Source of the DNA: Deltaproteobacteria bacterium
Lineage (GTDB): Bacteria > Myxococcota_A > Polyangia > Fen-1088
DNA: 64,000 nucleotides
Direction: 5' to 3'
Assembly: GCA_033763315.1 (NCBI GenBank)
Contig: JANRKS010000017.1
Span: 64,001-128,000, forward strand
Shown piece after piece: positions 1 through 9,357 of the stretch. Positions within the stretch are counted from its first letter, which is position 1; the number at the start of each line of letters is the position of its first letter. Made by a program: the position numbers and the translations under genes. The notes beneath the pieces were generated by a model. It searched no databases and was not told the DNA's origin. It saw only the letters and a program-made list of their open reading frames with translations.

Positions 1-426
1 GGGCGCCATTCCTGTCATCAAGCGGTATTTCAGGGCGAGGCGACGCATGATCGTGCGCCGATCGGGTTGCATCTCTGCGTAAGGCGAAGCTTCGAGCGCT
101 GGCAGCTCCGCCACCTGCGCCGTCCACAGATCCTCGGGCGCCGCGGGTTCGGCGGCCTCGGTCTTCGCGTCACTGCCCTCCAAAAAGAACCGTAGTTCGG
201 CGGCGCGCGTCTCCGCGGTCTCGTCGTTGGCGGTGACATAAACGAAGGGCGCATCGGGTGCCCATCTCCGCCACGCCTCGATGGCCAGCGCAACGCCTAA
301 CGCGCCCTCGGCTCCCACCACCCGGGCGACAGAGGTTTGACCCTTTGCCCTCGATTCCGTGGCGATGGCCGCAAGTTGCGCGATGGCCTCGCGCAAAGGC
401 GCGTGTGCAGTGGGATCGGTCGCCAT
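1..426 (-). CDS. mfd: Transcription-repair coupling factor Mfd, N-terminal part (runs off the left edge)
   Basis: Not in the ORF track because there is no stop in the window. ATG at 426 is preceded by AAGGA. Translation MATDPTAHAPLREA...PFVYVTANDETAETRAAELRFFL...ELPALEASPYAEMQPDRRTIMRRLALKYRL resembles the UvrB-homology N-terminus of Mfd (LP..E..PY....P......RL..L.RL). Confidence 0.75.
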   Translation of the reverse strand, partial: MATDPTAHAPLREAIAQLAAIATESRAKGQTSVARVVGAEGALGVALAIEAWRRWAPDAPFVYVTANDETAETRAAELRFFLEGSDAKTEAAEPAAPEDLWTAQVAELPALEASPYAEMQPDRRTIMRRLALKYRLMTGMAP

Positions 427-584
427 TCGTCCTTGTGGTGACTGCCACGCGGGCAACCCGTGTCAAGGATGGCGGCCGGCGCTGCAGGCTGAAGCGGCCT
501 TTTTTGCTTCAGATCACGGTGCCCGTTGACCTGGTAGCGGGAAGGCGTCTATCGTGGTCCTCCCGTCAGCTCTTGGAGGAGTAC

Positions 585-989
585 ATGACCCGCGCCTTTC
601 GTTGTTTCTCGTTGGCTGCTCTCGCCTTCGTGTCCTTGTCAACCGTGGCTTGCGAGAGAAAAGGTGGCCCTGTCACCGTGGTTCGCATCGAGCCCGACAA
701 TGGAACCACCTCGGGTGGTGACCAGGTCACGATCATTGGCTCTGGCTTCGAACCCGGTCAAACCACCGCCGAGGTTCGCTTTGGTCGCAAACGTGCCGAA
801 GGCGTCGTCATTGCTTCGACGTCGGCGATCAACGTAACCACACCTCCAAGCGATCGCGGTCCCACGGAAGTCACCGTGATTCTCAATGACGGCAAGGCCT
901 TCACAATCCCGAACGGCTTTCGCTTCATCGAGCCGCAAGACGCCTCGAAAGTGCGCGAAGCGTACCTGAAGACGCAGCAAGTGAAGTAA
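585..989 (+). CDS. IPT/TIG-domain lipoprotein
   Basis: ATG 585 with GGAGGA RBS at 575-580; lipobox STVAC; IPT/TIG pattern IEPDNGTTSGGDQVTIIGSGF...VRFG...INVTTPP...F.F. Confidence 0.8.
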   Translation: MTRAFRCFSLAALAFVSLSTVACERKGGPVTVVRIEPDNGTTSGGDQVTIIGSGFEPGQTTAEVRFGRKRAEGVVIASTSAINVTTPPSDRGPTEVTVILNDGKAFTIPNGFRFIEPQDASKVREAYLKTQQVK

Positions 990-1005
990 CGCGGCCTAAA
1001 ACGGC

Positions 1006-1046
1006 AGAAGCGGCCTCCTCTCAAACAGAGGTGAGCCGCTTTTGTT
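1006..1046. terminator. Intrinsic terminator between convergent genes
   Basis: AAGCGGC...CCTCT-CAAAC-AGAGG...GCCGCTT followed by TTG TTG on the + strand. Confidence 0.6.
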
Positions 1047-1059
1047 GTGCGTGTGCGGT

Positions 1060-2262
1060 TTAGATCTTGAACGTGACGCGGAACAACTGTTGCCCCATCA
1101 GCAACAAGCTGCCCGAAGGAATTTCTCGGCTGGCCTCCAAGCGCACGAACGTGCCGTTGGACGATCCGAGGTCTTGCAAATAAACCATGCCGTCGCGCAC
1201 CGAGATGCGCGCGTGGGTGGCTGAAACGTAGCCGTCTTCGGGGAACAAGATGTCGCCGCGCTCGCGGCCAAGCACGATGGCCTCCTCGAAGATAGGGAAA
1301 GCGGGCCCATCAACGTCGCGCCCGACGATCACGGAGATACGGCCCCAATAACCGGGGTTGGGCGTGCCGATGATTTCAGTTCCGTCCTCAAGCGGCTCAG
1401 GCGGTGCGATCACATCGAAACGCAGCAGCTCTTGGCCAATGCGGAAGATGCTGCCCGAGCCCAAAGATTCCTCTTCGGTTAGCTTCACGAAAACACCGTT
1501 GAGGCTCTTGAGATCACGAACCGTGAGCCCCGTGGGACCGAGCAGGAACTCAGCGTGACGAGGCGATAGATAAGGGTCGGCATCGAACAGCGAGCCCTGA
1601 CCACGGCCAACCAGGTTCTCCCCGGCGGCGATGGGGTGTTGCCCGCCTTCGGAGCCATCGGGACGGATCAACGTAAGGTGACCCTGTGGCACCGTTTTGA
1701 CAGGTACTGCCATGAACATCGTTCGAGGTACCGCAGCCGCGGCCGGCTTCGCAGCCACAGGTGCCGCGGGTAGAGATGCCGGGGCCGGGCCAGGGCTTGA
1801 CGGGGGCCTCAATCGGTAGCCGCAGCGCCCACAGAACGCCTTGCCGGCCTGAATGGGCGCACCGCAACTGGGACAATCGGTGGTGCCGCCTGTGGGGCCG
1901 GGAACCGAGGGGGCGCCGCCTGGGCCGGAAGGCGCACTGCCTGGGGAGGGCATAGGTGCGGCCACAGGAGGCGAGGGCAAGATCGTGGGGCTGTAAGCCA
2001 CGGGCGCCGGCGTGGGACCGCTTGGAGGCGCCATGGGGGGCGGCGTGTATCCGCGCGCCGCTGCCAGTGCTCCGGTGCCGGCACGCTGAGGTGCGATGCC
2101 CGCCACAGGTGCCCGCGGCAAGCTGGTGTTGGAAGCGGGCGCAGGCGCTGCCGTGGGCGATTGTGTGCCGGTGGCCGCACGCGCTGGCATTTTGGCGCCA
2201 CAGCCAAGGCAGAACTTGTAGTGGTCCTGATTTTCTTTGCCGCAGCTTGGACAGACGATCAC
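1060..2262 (-). CDS. Zinc-ribbon + tandem FHA domain protein
   Basis: CPSCG...FCLGCG and CPSCG...FCGRCG ribbons, a Pro-rich linker, and two FHA domains with GR / SxxH / NG motifs (VGRG..LSPRH..SLNGVF; LGRE..VSATH..SSNGTF). Confidence 0.9.
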   Translation of the reverse strand: MIVCPSCGKENQDHYKFCLGCGAKMPARAATGTQSPTAAPAPASNTSLPRAPVAGIAPQRAGTGALAAARGYTPPPMAPPSGPTPAPVAYSPTILPSPPVAAPMPSPGSAPSGPGGAPSVPGPTGGTTDCPSCGAPIQAGKAFCGRCGYRLRPPSSPGPAPASLPAAPVAAKPAAAAVPRTMFMAVPVKTVPQGHLTLIRPDGSEGGQHPIAAGENLVGRGQGSLFDADPYLSPRHAEFLLGPTGLTVRDLKSLNGVFVKLTEEESLGSGSIFRIGQELLRFDVIAPPEPLEDGTEIIGTPNPGYWGRISVIVGRDVDGPAFPIFEEAIVLGRERGDILFPEDGYVSATHARISVRDGMVYLQDLGSSNGTFVRLEASREIPSGSLLLMGQQLFRVTFKI

Positions 2263-2313
2263 TTGAGCCCCCCAGACGTGCGCCGATTCGCGAACAGATA
2301 TGCCATGGCCATA

Positions 2314-3291
2314 CTACGAGATCTCCACGCGAAGCAGTTGTTGCCCTATGAAGACGTAGTCCCCATGTTGCAGTTGCACTTCATCGGTGATGCGCGTGAA
2401 GGTGCCGTTCTTTGATCCCATGTCTTTAAGCAGGAACGAGCCATCTGATCCCGTGGTCAGCTCTGCGTGGTGGCCCGAGATAAAAGGGTCGTCGGGAAAA
2501 TTCACGTCGCAGTGTTCGCGCCCGATCGTCAACTTGTCTTCGCGGGCGCGATAAATCAAACCGATGTCGCCACCGCGCAGGCGCTGAATCAATTTGATCT
2601 TCGAGGCGCGGCGGGGGCTGGCGTAAAAGTATGTGCCTTCGGCGTCTGGTTGCGGCCCCATGTCAGGCGCCACGGCTTCAACTTCCAGCAGCTGCTCGCC
2701 CACCAGGAAGACCGACCCTGAATCAAGCGGCACCGGCTGCTTGATGCGCATGAACACGCCGTTGACCGACTCTTCGTCTCGCACAAACAGACGGTTTTCT
2801 TTGTAGAAAAAATTCGCGTGCCGTGGCGACAGCAGCGAATCCTCGGGAAACAAAATCGCGCCTTCTTCGCGTCCGGCAATGTGCTCTGTGCCGTTGAGCT
2901 GATACGAAACACCGTCGGGAATATCGCCACGCACCAATATCAGCTTCGCGCGACCCGGCGCCTGCACGCCCGAGAAGAACATGGTCTTCCCACCTGAAGC
3001 CAGATGCGGAACGGGTGCCACCGGCACGTCGTCCATGCGGTTTCCACACTGACCGCAAAAGCGATCGGTGACAGGCACTTCGTGTCCACAGCTCGGGCAA
3101 ATCTTGACTGACATGGGCGAGGTTTCCGCTATTCCACGGGCGTTGGTACTAGCAACAGGCACGCCAAAGTGGCCCGCTCCCGTTCCGATGGATGCCCCGC
3201 AATGAAAACACGAAGTGACGCCAAGGGCTAGTAGTGCGTCACAGGAAGGGCAGACCAGGCCAATGGACATTCTTAACGCTGGATTTTCCAT
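2314..3291 (-). CDS. Zinc-ribbon + tandem FHA domain protein (paralog of 1060-2262)
   Basis: CPSCD...CFHCG and CPSCG...FCGQCG; FHA motifs AGRE..LSPRH..SVNGVF and IGRE..ISGHH..SKNGTF. Alternative start at 3270. Confidence 0.9.
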   Translation of the reverse strand: MENPALRMSIGLVCPSCDALLALGVTSCFHCGASIGTGAGHFGVPVASTNARGIAETSPMSVKICPSCGHEVPVTDRFCGQCGNRMDDVPVAPVPHLASGGKTMFFSGVQAPGRAKLILVRGDIPDGVSYQLNGTEHIAGREEGAILFPEDSLLSPRHANFFYKENRLFVRDEESVNGVFMRIKQPVPLDSGSVFLVGEQLLEVEAVAPDMGPQPDAEGTYFYASPRRASKIKLIQRLRGGDIGLIYRAREDKLTIGREHCDVNFPDDPFISGHHAELTTGSDGSFLLKDMGSKNGTFTRITDEVQLQHGDYVFIGQQLLRVEIS

Positions 3292-3350
3292 CGGATTTGG
3301 CCCCTGTCAATAGCGGCCCGCCGCGCTGCGTTCCGTTTGCTTCGCCGGCT

Positions 3351-6215
3351 CTAAGGGCAAGCGCCAACGACATCCGCCCGCAAAGCGTCCCTGATGGCGC
3401 CGTTCTTTGCGGCGGGTGTCAGGAGGCACTGGCAGACATCGTTACGGTGTTTTCCTCCCGTTGAGGTGACTCGACGCACGGCCGGCCGCAACCACCGAAC
3501 CAAGGTGGAGGATCCGCACGCGGCCGCTTCGTCCGTCTCCAACGCGCGTTCTAACTCCAGGGGCGAAACAGGCGCACCCCAGGCGTCCTTCAAATAGATC
3601 GTTGGTGCACGGGCACAGGCAGGCCCCCAAAGGGCGGTCTTTTCGAGGGCGGCCAAGTCAGCGGCGTCAGTCGCAACCCGGTCCTGTTGTCTCCACGCCG
3701 CCGCCATCCGGATGGCGGCCCGGGTGACCGACAGGGAATCAACGTCTTTCGCAAAGGCCGCCGGGCGGCACGCCGTCCAAAACGCATCCCTTGCCATGGC
3801 GGCTTGCACGGCCTCGCCATCCCACGCGCGTGCGGCGGGGCCTTCTGCACCGACCTGGCGCGCCGGCCACGCCTCGAGTTGCCGAAGCGTTGGGGCGGTC
3901 TTCTCTGTCGCGCCCAACAACACTCCCAAGGCGGCCTCGCTGGTGGGCGTTGCGGATCGCAGGGCCAGGTGCCACAGCGTGCACCTGCCGGTCGCGAATT
4001 CGGCAGCCGAAGCTTGGGCCGTGACAAATAGGTACGGCAGCTGGGCGTCGCGGCCGAACCCAAGATCGGCCGCTGCACCGGCCCCGCGAAGCGACAACCA
4101 AGAATCGAGCGCCATCGCCGCCGTCACTTGCGGTTGGCTGGGATCCTTGAAGGTGTGCTGCAAACGCTCGATGACCGCTTGATCAGCAAACGCACGCAGC
4201 GCCCAAAGGACGAAGGGCTTAAGCTCTCCCTCGGCGCTGTCGGCGAGCCGCACCAGCGCTGACGGGAGCTCGGCCGCACGGGCTTTCCGGTCTGCTCCTG
4301 GGTTGTGAACCGCGCCGATCGCCCACAGCATGGCACGCGTTACCCGCCGGTCAGCGCCACTTTGCAAAGCCGGTTCCCAGATGGACTTGTCGAACACCTG
4401 CAACGCCTTCAGTGATCCCAAAGAGAGTAGCGCGAATGCGGCCTGCTCATACTGCTTCGCGATGAGCGCTCGGGGAACGTAATGAACAAGCGGCTCGATT
4501 AGTTCTTTGCGCTGCAGTTGCCCCGCAAGTTGAAGAGCCAGCGCACCTGGTGCAGAGGCGCGCGCGAATGTGCGTTGCAAGGGTGCCACTGTCGCGTCGG
4601 CCACGGCATCCCACGCAGGCGCGCCTTCAATGGTGTGCGACGCTTTCAGCCGGTGCCAGCGTGCGACCACCGCGATGTGCAAGTCGTCGGCCTCTTCTGT
4701 GGGGGGCGCTTCGGCCGCGCACCACTGCTCAAGAGGGAGCAAACAATCGTTCACCGAACAGAGCTCCAAAAGATTTGGCACCGCACTGAGATCCGCCCCC
4801 GAAGCCCATAAGTTCGTAAGATGGCCGTGGCGCAATAAAAACTCCGCCCATGAACGCTGGCTTTGCGGATCGTTGGCCAATGCCTGTTCCGCGCGCGTGA
4901 GCGCATGGGCATCTTCGGCAACTCGCAGTTCCGCGATCGCCGCGTATTCGCGCACGATGCGAGGTTCGCTGACGAGCCCAAGCGCTTGCTCGGCCCTGGC
5001 TTCGGCGCTTTGCAAGTCTCCGCGCTTGCGTTCAAGTCGGCTCATTTCCAGCAGCAGGGTGGCTCGTTGGGCCGCGGACACCGTGACCGCTTCACGTTCG
5101 AATCGGGCAAGCCACCTCAAGGCCTCCGCCACACGGTTGCCCGCCGCGAACACCTCAAGCGCTGCGCGCAACACACGCATATCCGAGGGCGCTTGTATTG
5201 CTTCAAGCAGGGCCAACGCTTTGTCAGGCGCGTTCAAAGCGGCCTGCACACGTGCCAGCATTACACTTCGCGCCACCACATCCGCGCTTGTGTCGCTTCC
5301 AATGATGTCTAGCGCTTGCTTCTGCTGCGCGGGTTTGGCCGCTTGCACCAACGCAAGCAACTGCAGGCGTGCGTATTCAGCCGGTGCTTCCGTGGGAGCA
5401 GCTGCGATCACTTGAGTCCACCATTTTACCGCCGCAGGAACGTCGTCTCGCTTGGCCGCCACCTTGGCACGCAGCTGCCAAAGCTCAGGCGCTGCGTGTT
5501 GCGGTATCGCGGTGACAGCGTTGAGCGTCGTTTGCGCTTCGGTGATCATGTCGTGTGAGAACAAGACGTCGGCCAGTGTCAGCTGACCTCGCCACCGCGG
5601 TGAAATACGTGACGTCAACTCTATCCACGCTTTTTCAGCCAAGCCACGGCGACCTTGGCGGTGATGCATTTCTCCTATTCCCAAACGCGCGGGTGCGAAC
5701 GAAGCATCAATGGCCAGCGCCTTGCTGAAAAGCTGTTGTGCTTGCAGATCGTCTCCGCTGGCCAATCGCTCTTCGGCCAAGCGCGTGAAATCGGCAGCCG
5801 TGCGCGGCGGTGGTTTGGGTGGCGTTTGCGACGAGCCTGGGGAGAACGCTTCCTGCACGTCAGGCAAACCTGCCAGCGACGTGAGTTGTGCCTTGTGCAT
5901 GGATGCGCGTGCTTCCTCAAAACTTCCGCGCAACGCCTGCACGCGCGCCAGGGAGCCCCATGCGACCCGGTCTTCCGGCGCTAACTTCACTCGCTTCTCA
6001 AGCAGCTGTTGCAGCTCCGTAAGACTGCGTCGCCGGCGGGCTTGTTGCTCCAGCCCCGCCATGTCACTTGGTGACGCGCGTGACCCGCTCGTCAACTTGG
6101 CGAACGCTGCTGACATCCATGCCTTGGCGTCCAAGTCATCGCTCGCGGCGTGACCGCTGCTTGGCCGAGCCAATAGCATCGACACCATCACGGCCAGCGC
6201 GGCTGACCGATTCAC
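3351..6215 (-). CDS. Secreted TPR/helical-repeat protein
   Basis: 954-aa ORF with an N-terminal signal peptide and Ala/Leu-rich TPR-like repeats (e.g. AQQLFSKALAIDASFAPARLGIGEMH). Confidence 0.7.
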   Translation of the reverse strand: MNRSAALAVMVSMLLARPSSGHAASDDLDAKAWMSAAFAKLTSGSRASPSDMAGLEQQARRRRSLTELQQLLEKRVKLAPEDRVAWGSLARVQALRGSFEEARASMHKAQLTSLAGLPDVQEAFSPGSSQTPPKPPPRTAADFTRLAEERLASGDDLQAQQLFSKALAIDASFAPARLGIGEMHHRQGRRGLAEKAWIELTSRISPRWRGQLTLADVLFSHDMITEAQTTLNAVTAIPQHAAPELWQLRAKVAAKRDDVPAAVKWWTQVIAAAPTEAPAEYARLQLLALVQAAKPAQQKQALDIIGSDTSADVVARSVMLARVQAALNAPDKALALLEAIQAPSDMRVLRAALEVFAAGNRVAEALRWLARFEREAVTVSAAQRATLLLEMSRLERKRGDLQSAEARAEQALGLVSEPRIVREYAAIAELRVAEDAHALTRAEQALANDPQSQRSWAEFLLRHGHLTNLWASGADLSAVPNLLELCSVNDCLLPLEQWCAAEAPPTEEADDLHIAVVARWHRLKASHTIEGAPAWDAVADATVAPLQRTFARASAPGALALQLAGQLQRKELIEPLVHYVPRALIAKQYEQAAFALLSLGSLKALQVFDKSIWEPALQSGADRRVTRAMLWAIGAVHNPGADRKARAAELPSALVRLADSAEGELKPFVLWALRAFADQAVIERLQHTFKDPSQPQVTAAMALDSWLSLRGAGAAADLGFGRDAQLPYLFVTAQASAAEFATGRCTLWHLALRSATPTSEAALGVLLGATEKTAPTLRQLEAWPARQVGAEGPAARAWDGEAVQAAMARDAFWTACRPAAFAKDVDSLSVTRAAIRMAAAWRQQDRVATDAADLAALEKTALWGPACARAPTIYLKDAWGAPVSPLELERALETDEAAACGSSTLVRWLRPAVRRVTSTGGKHRNDVCQCLLTPAAKNGAIRDALRADVVGACP

Positions 6216-6218
6216 CGC

Positions 6219-6482
6219 CTAGCTCCCGCAGCGGCTTCGTAGAAACGACATAACCGCGGCTTTCACTCGCTCCGGCATCTTCACTGCGAAACACTCGCGC
6301 GACACTTCGGGGGTGCGCCGGTAAGTCTCGAAGAACGCCACACATTCGGGGCAGGCGTCCAAATGCTCCCGGAAGTGGCTGCTCTCCGCCGTCGGCAGCG
6401 CGCCATCGAGATAGTCAAGCGCGTAGTCTACGACTTGCCTACAGCCTAAATTCGTGGCGTTTGGAGACTTACAGTTAGACAC
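6219..6482 (-). CDS. zf-HC2 (ZAS) anti-sigma-factor-like small protein
   Basis: C...LDYLDGAL...F.EHLDACPEC: HxxxCxxC ZAS motif; no transmembrane segment. Confidence 0.85.
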   Translation of the reverse strand: MSNCKSPNATNLGCRQVVDYALDYLDGALPTAESSHFREHLDACPECVAFFETYRRTPEVSRECFAVKMPERVKAAVMSFLRSRCGS

Positions 6483-6682
6483 GTTTACTCAAATATAGCC
6501 GAATTGTTCGCGAGGAAACCACCAATACCACGCGCTATGCCTCGCCACAGCTGGTGTGCCCGTATGATTCCACGTGTTGACGGTGGTTTCATATATCATC
6601 CCATTCGGTTGCGTCACCGCTTGACATTCGTGGCCCCCGGCCAGCAAATGCGGCCCTTGTTACGTGCGCGCGGCGCTTCTTC

Positions 6683-7828
6683 ATGACTCTGCTTACCGAA
6701 ATCACGCCGTCTGACGTTGAAACCGACTTTACCGGCCGCCCGTGGGCCAGCCGGCAAATGGCACGGGCTCGGGCGGCTTGGCCACACGGTCCCATGACCG
6801 TGCCGTGCGCTGGTCTGGGCGAGCTGCGGCTATCTGTGTCAGCCCTGGCCCCCGTTGAAAGCCAGACCACGGCGGGTGTTGGCACGTGTGAGTCGTTCGC
6901 TCTGTGGCGCGGTGGCCGCCACGGTCGCCTCGACGTTGATGCACGATTTGCAGTGGCGGTGGCGGGGCATTTGCTGGGAACGCCTTCGAATCTGCCCATG
7001 TCGCGCATGCTGTCGCCCGGTGAGCGCGGGGCGATCGGCGCGTTGGTGGCGGTCGTCTTGGATCATGCAGGTGCCCCTTTGGCCGTGGCGGTCGATCCAC
7101 CAGACGCGGTACCCCTGAGGCTTGATTTGCAAGTGGAGCTCGATCTCATTTACTCACCGCAGGGCCCAACGCCGGGTTCGCCTCACGCCGGCTGGGCGCG
7201 TCTGTTTTTGCCATGGTCCTGGTTCGATACGGGGGCAACGTTGTGGTCGAACCTGTCGCGCGTCCCTTTCCCGGTGGCGGTTGAGCTAGCCCGGACGCAA
7301 ATCGATCGCGCAAGCTTCGCGACTTTGGAACCGGGCGACGCGCTTGTGTTCGACGGCATCGCCATGCCAACTGCGTGGCCGCGCGAGGCGCGCCTCGTCG
7401 TGGGCGCTTTCGCGGCACCGGCTTCGCTAGAGCCATCAGTTTTACGTCTCACGGGGCCGTTCGCTCCGGTCGATGTCACCATTGAACCGCACACCACTTT
7501 GACAACCGCGGTCCCGGCGTGGAAGGCTGGCTCTTCCATGAGCAGCACAGTTGAGATGAGCTCCGTTGGCAGCGCCCCCGCGCAAGATGCGCCTTCTGCC
7601 TCGCTCGCGCAGGCGCTGGCCACCACCCCCGTCGAAGTGGTGGCCGAAATCGGGCGTCTTGTCTTAACCGGCGCTGAACTGGCCGGCCTCGAGCAGGGAG
7701 AAGTTTTCACGTTGGGCACGGCCGCGAAAGGCACGATTACCTTGAGCGTCGCAGGCCGTCCCGTGGCCAAGGGCGCGCTCGTGAACGTTGACGGCACCTT
7801 TGGCGTGCGCGTCACCGAACGCTATTGA
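6683..7828 (+). CDS. SctQ/FliM-FliN family (SpoA domain) C-ring-like protein
   Basis: Two SpoA-like units: VPFPVAVELARTQI....ATLEPGDALVF and TPVEVVAEIGRLVL....LAGLEQGEVFTL...VAGRPVAKGALVNVDGTFGVRVT. Confidence 0.75.
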   Translation: MTLLTEITPSDVETDFTGRPWASRQMARARAAWPHGPMTVPCAGLGELRLSVSALAPVESQTTAGVGTCESFALWRGGRHGRLDVDARFAVAVAGHLLGTPSNLPMSRMLSPGERGAIGALVAVVLDHAGAPLAVAVDPPDAVPLRLDLQVELDLIYSPQGPTPGSPHAGWARLFLPWSWFDTGATLWSNLSRVPFPVAVELARTQIDRASFATLEPGDALVFDGIAMPTAWPREARLVVGAFAAPASLEPSVLRLTGPFAPVDVTIEPHTTLTTAVPAWKAGSSMSSTVEMSSVGSAPAQDAPSASLAQALATTPVEVVAEIGRLVLTGAELAGLEQGEVFTLGTAAKGTITLSVAGRPVAKGALVNVDGTFGVRVTERY

Positions 7829-7875
7829 TGGCTGTGTCCCAACTTCGCCAAACGCCATAGCAAAACGAAGCCACG

Positions 7876-9228
7876 TCAGCTGGTGGCGGCCTGCAAATCG
7901 GCCTCTTGCGCTGCCGCCGTTTTTAAATGGTCAAGCAGGCTGGCCGCCTTTTTCCACGAGGGCGCCGTTGCCAGCAATCGTCCAACGAGCGCCGCCCACA
8001 CTGAGGGATCCGCTCTTAGAGCCGCCACGCGCGCGACCGTGGCAGACAGCTCATCGGCGGTGAGCTCTTTGTAGAACAACGCATTTCCCGTTAGCGACAA
8101 GCTGTCCCATTCCACCAAGAAGTCATGCGCGGCGGAATGCACCGGAATCAAGGGGAGGGCCCCATAGCGTAATGGCCGGCCCGCCGACCTGCCGATGAGG
8201 TCTGTGTCGTCAAGCAACCACCACGCGTCTGATGCGGCCATCATAAGACGAATGTCTTCGTCTTGGGCGTCCGCCACCATGGCGATCTTGGTGGGGTGCT
8301 CGATCGCGAATACCGAGGCCCGCTCAACCAACGCCTTTTCGCCGAGCGCGGGCAAAATCACGAAGCAGTCGCGTTTTGTGATCAACGGCAAGGCGTCAAC
8401 CAAGGCTTTGCCGCCTGGGCCTTCCAAGCGCGGCCCTGTCGAGAGCACCGGCCAACGTGCGTCCACGCTCACAGACAACCGCTTCAGCAACGCCTTGCGA
8501 GCGTCGTTTTTGCCCTGCGGTTTCGCGGCGTCAAACGGTGTGGGCAACGCGGGATCGGCGGCTGGGTCGAACGGGGGCTCATCGCAGCCGAATTGCAAGG
8601 CGATGATGGGTTCGTCCGAGGGCCGCGTTGCCAGTTCGGGCGCAGCCTCAAGCTTGCGGGCCGCCGCGCGGCTGGGCGCGAGCACGGCCTGAGCGGCAGA
8701 GACGCCAAACGACGCGAGCGCCGGCGAATCGGCCGCTGACAAACCCACGGTTTTGGCCTCTGCCGGCGAGAAACGGCCCGTGGTTTCGCCCGTGGGCAGA
8801 ACGAATAGCTTTGCGGCGGCGGTGAGGCGTGCCATCGCCACAACGGAAGCTTCACCCCAACCGATCACAACTTCTGGCTTAAGCAGCCCGTCCTGAAACA
8901 GCGAAACCGCGGCGCCACCCAGCTGCAAAGCGCGTTCGCCAGGGCTGGTGCTGTCGCTTTCTAAAACCAGGAGCTGGGGATCCGAGGCAGAAAAGTTGCC
9001 TTCGTACAGCGCCAATTCCACGGGGCCCTCGGCGGTTTCCACGCGCGCTTTGCGTAAGCGCTTGGCCAAACCGGGCAGGGCCGAGGCCTCGACACCCGTG
9101 GCGATGGTTAAAATGGTGACTCGGTGTTTTAACTCGAGCAGCCCACGCGCCAAACCCCACGCGCTTTTCGCGGCTTCGGTTCGGCCCAAGGGGGCAACTT
9201 TTTCGGTAACGAAGAGGTATTCGGACAT
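7876..9228 (-). CDS. Glycogen synthase (GT5/GlgA)-like protein, catalytically degenerate
   Basis: GlgA-like scaffold (LFVTEKVAP..., FDPAADPAL, GKNDARKAL, LRYGALPLI, TGNALFY, SWKKAA), but KTGGL, HDW, RL..QKG and SRFEPCGL are all absent. Confidence 0.65.
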   Translation of the reverse strand: MSEYLFVTEKVAPLGRTEAAKSAWGLARGLLELKHRVTILTIATGVEASALPGLAKRLRKARVETAEGPVELALYEGNFSASDPQLLVLESDSTSPGERALQLGGAAVSLFQDGLLKPEVVIGWGEASVVAMARLTAAAKLFVLPTGETTGRFSPAEAKTVGLSAADSPALASFGVSAAQAVLAPSRAAARKLEAAPELATRPSDEPIIALQFGCDEPPFDPAADPALPTPFDAAKPQGKNDARKALLKRLSVSVDARWPVLSTGPRLEGPGGKALVDALPLITKRDCFVILPALGEKALVERASVFAIEHPTKIAMVADAQDEDIRLMMAASDAWWLLDDTDLIGRSAGRPLRYGALPLIPVHSAAHDFLVEWDSLSLTGNALFYKELTADELSATVARVAALRADPSVWAALVGRLLATAPSWKKAASLLDHLKTAAAQEADLQAATS

Positions 9229-9278
9229 GCGTGGTTTTTAAGGGAACTCTGCACGCATCATTCCCAGACCCGGCGCAC

Positions 9279-9329
9279 AAAAGCAACGGGCGGTTCGACT
9301 TTTGGTCAGAACCGCCCCGAGCTTTCTTT
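9279..9329 (-). terminator. Terminator hairpin downstream of cdbA
   Basis: GGGCGGTTC (9288-9296) / GAACCGCCC (9309-9317) inverted repeat, flanked by A-rich and T-rich tracts. Confidence 0.65.
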
Positions 9330-9357
9330 CGGTGTGTTTACGATCGAACCACCAACG

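Noticed and set aside
30-466. ORF-track entries 30-293 and 170-466 (-), and the 258 start of the IPT/TIG gene
   Set aside because: These are shadow frames. The third - frame encodes the Mfd-like N-terminus, and the IPT gene has a good RBS and lipoprotein signal only from 585.
539-568. GCGGGAAGG upstream of the IPT/TIG gene as a fifth ECF promoter copy
   Set aside because: The sequence at N18 is CCGTCA, not CTCYAW. It may belong to another ECF sigma, but this is unsupported.
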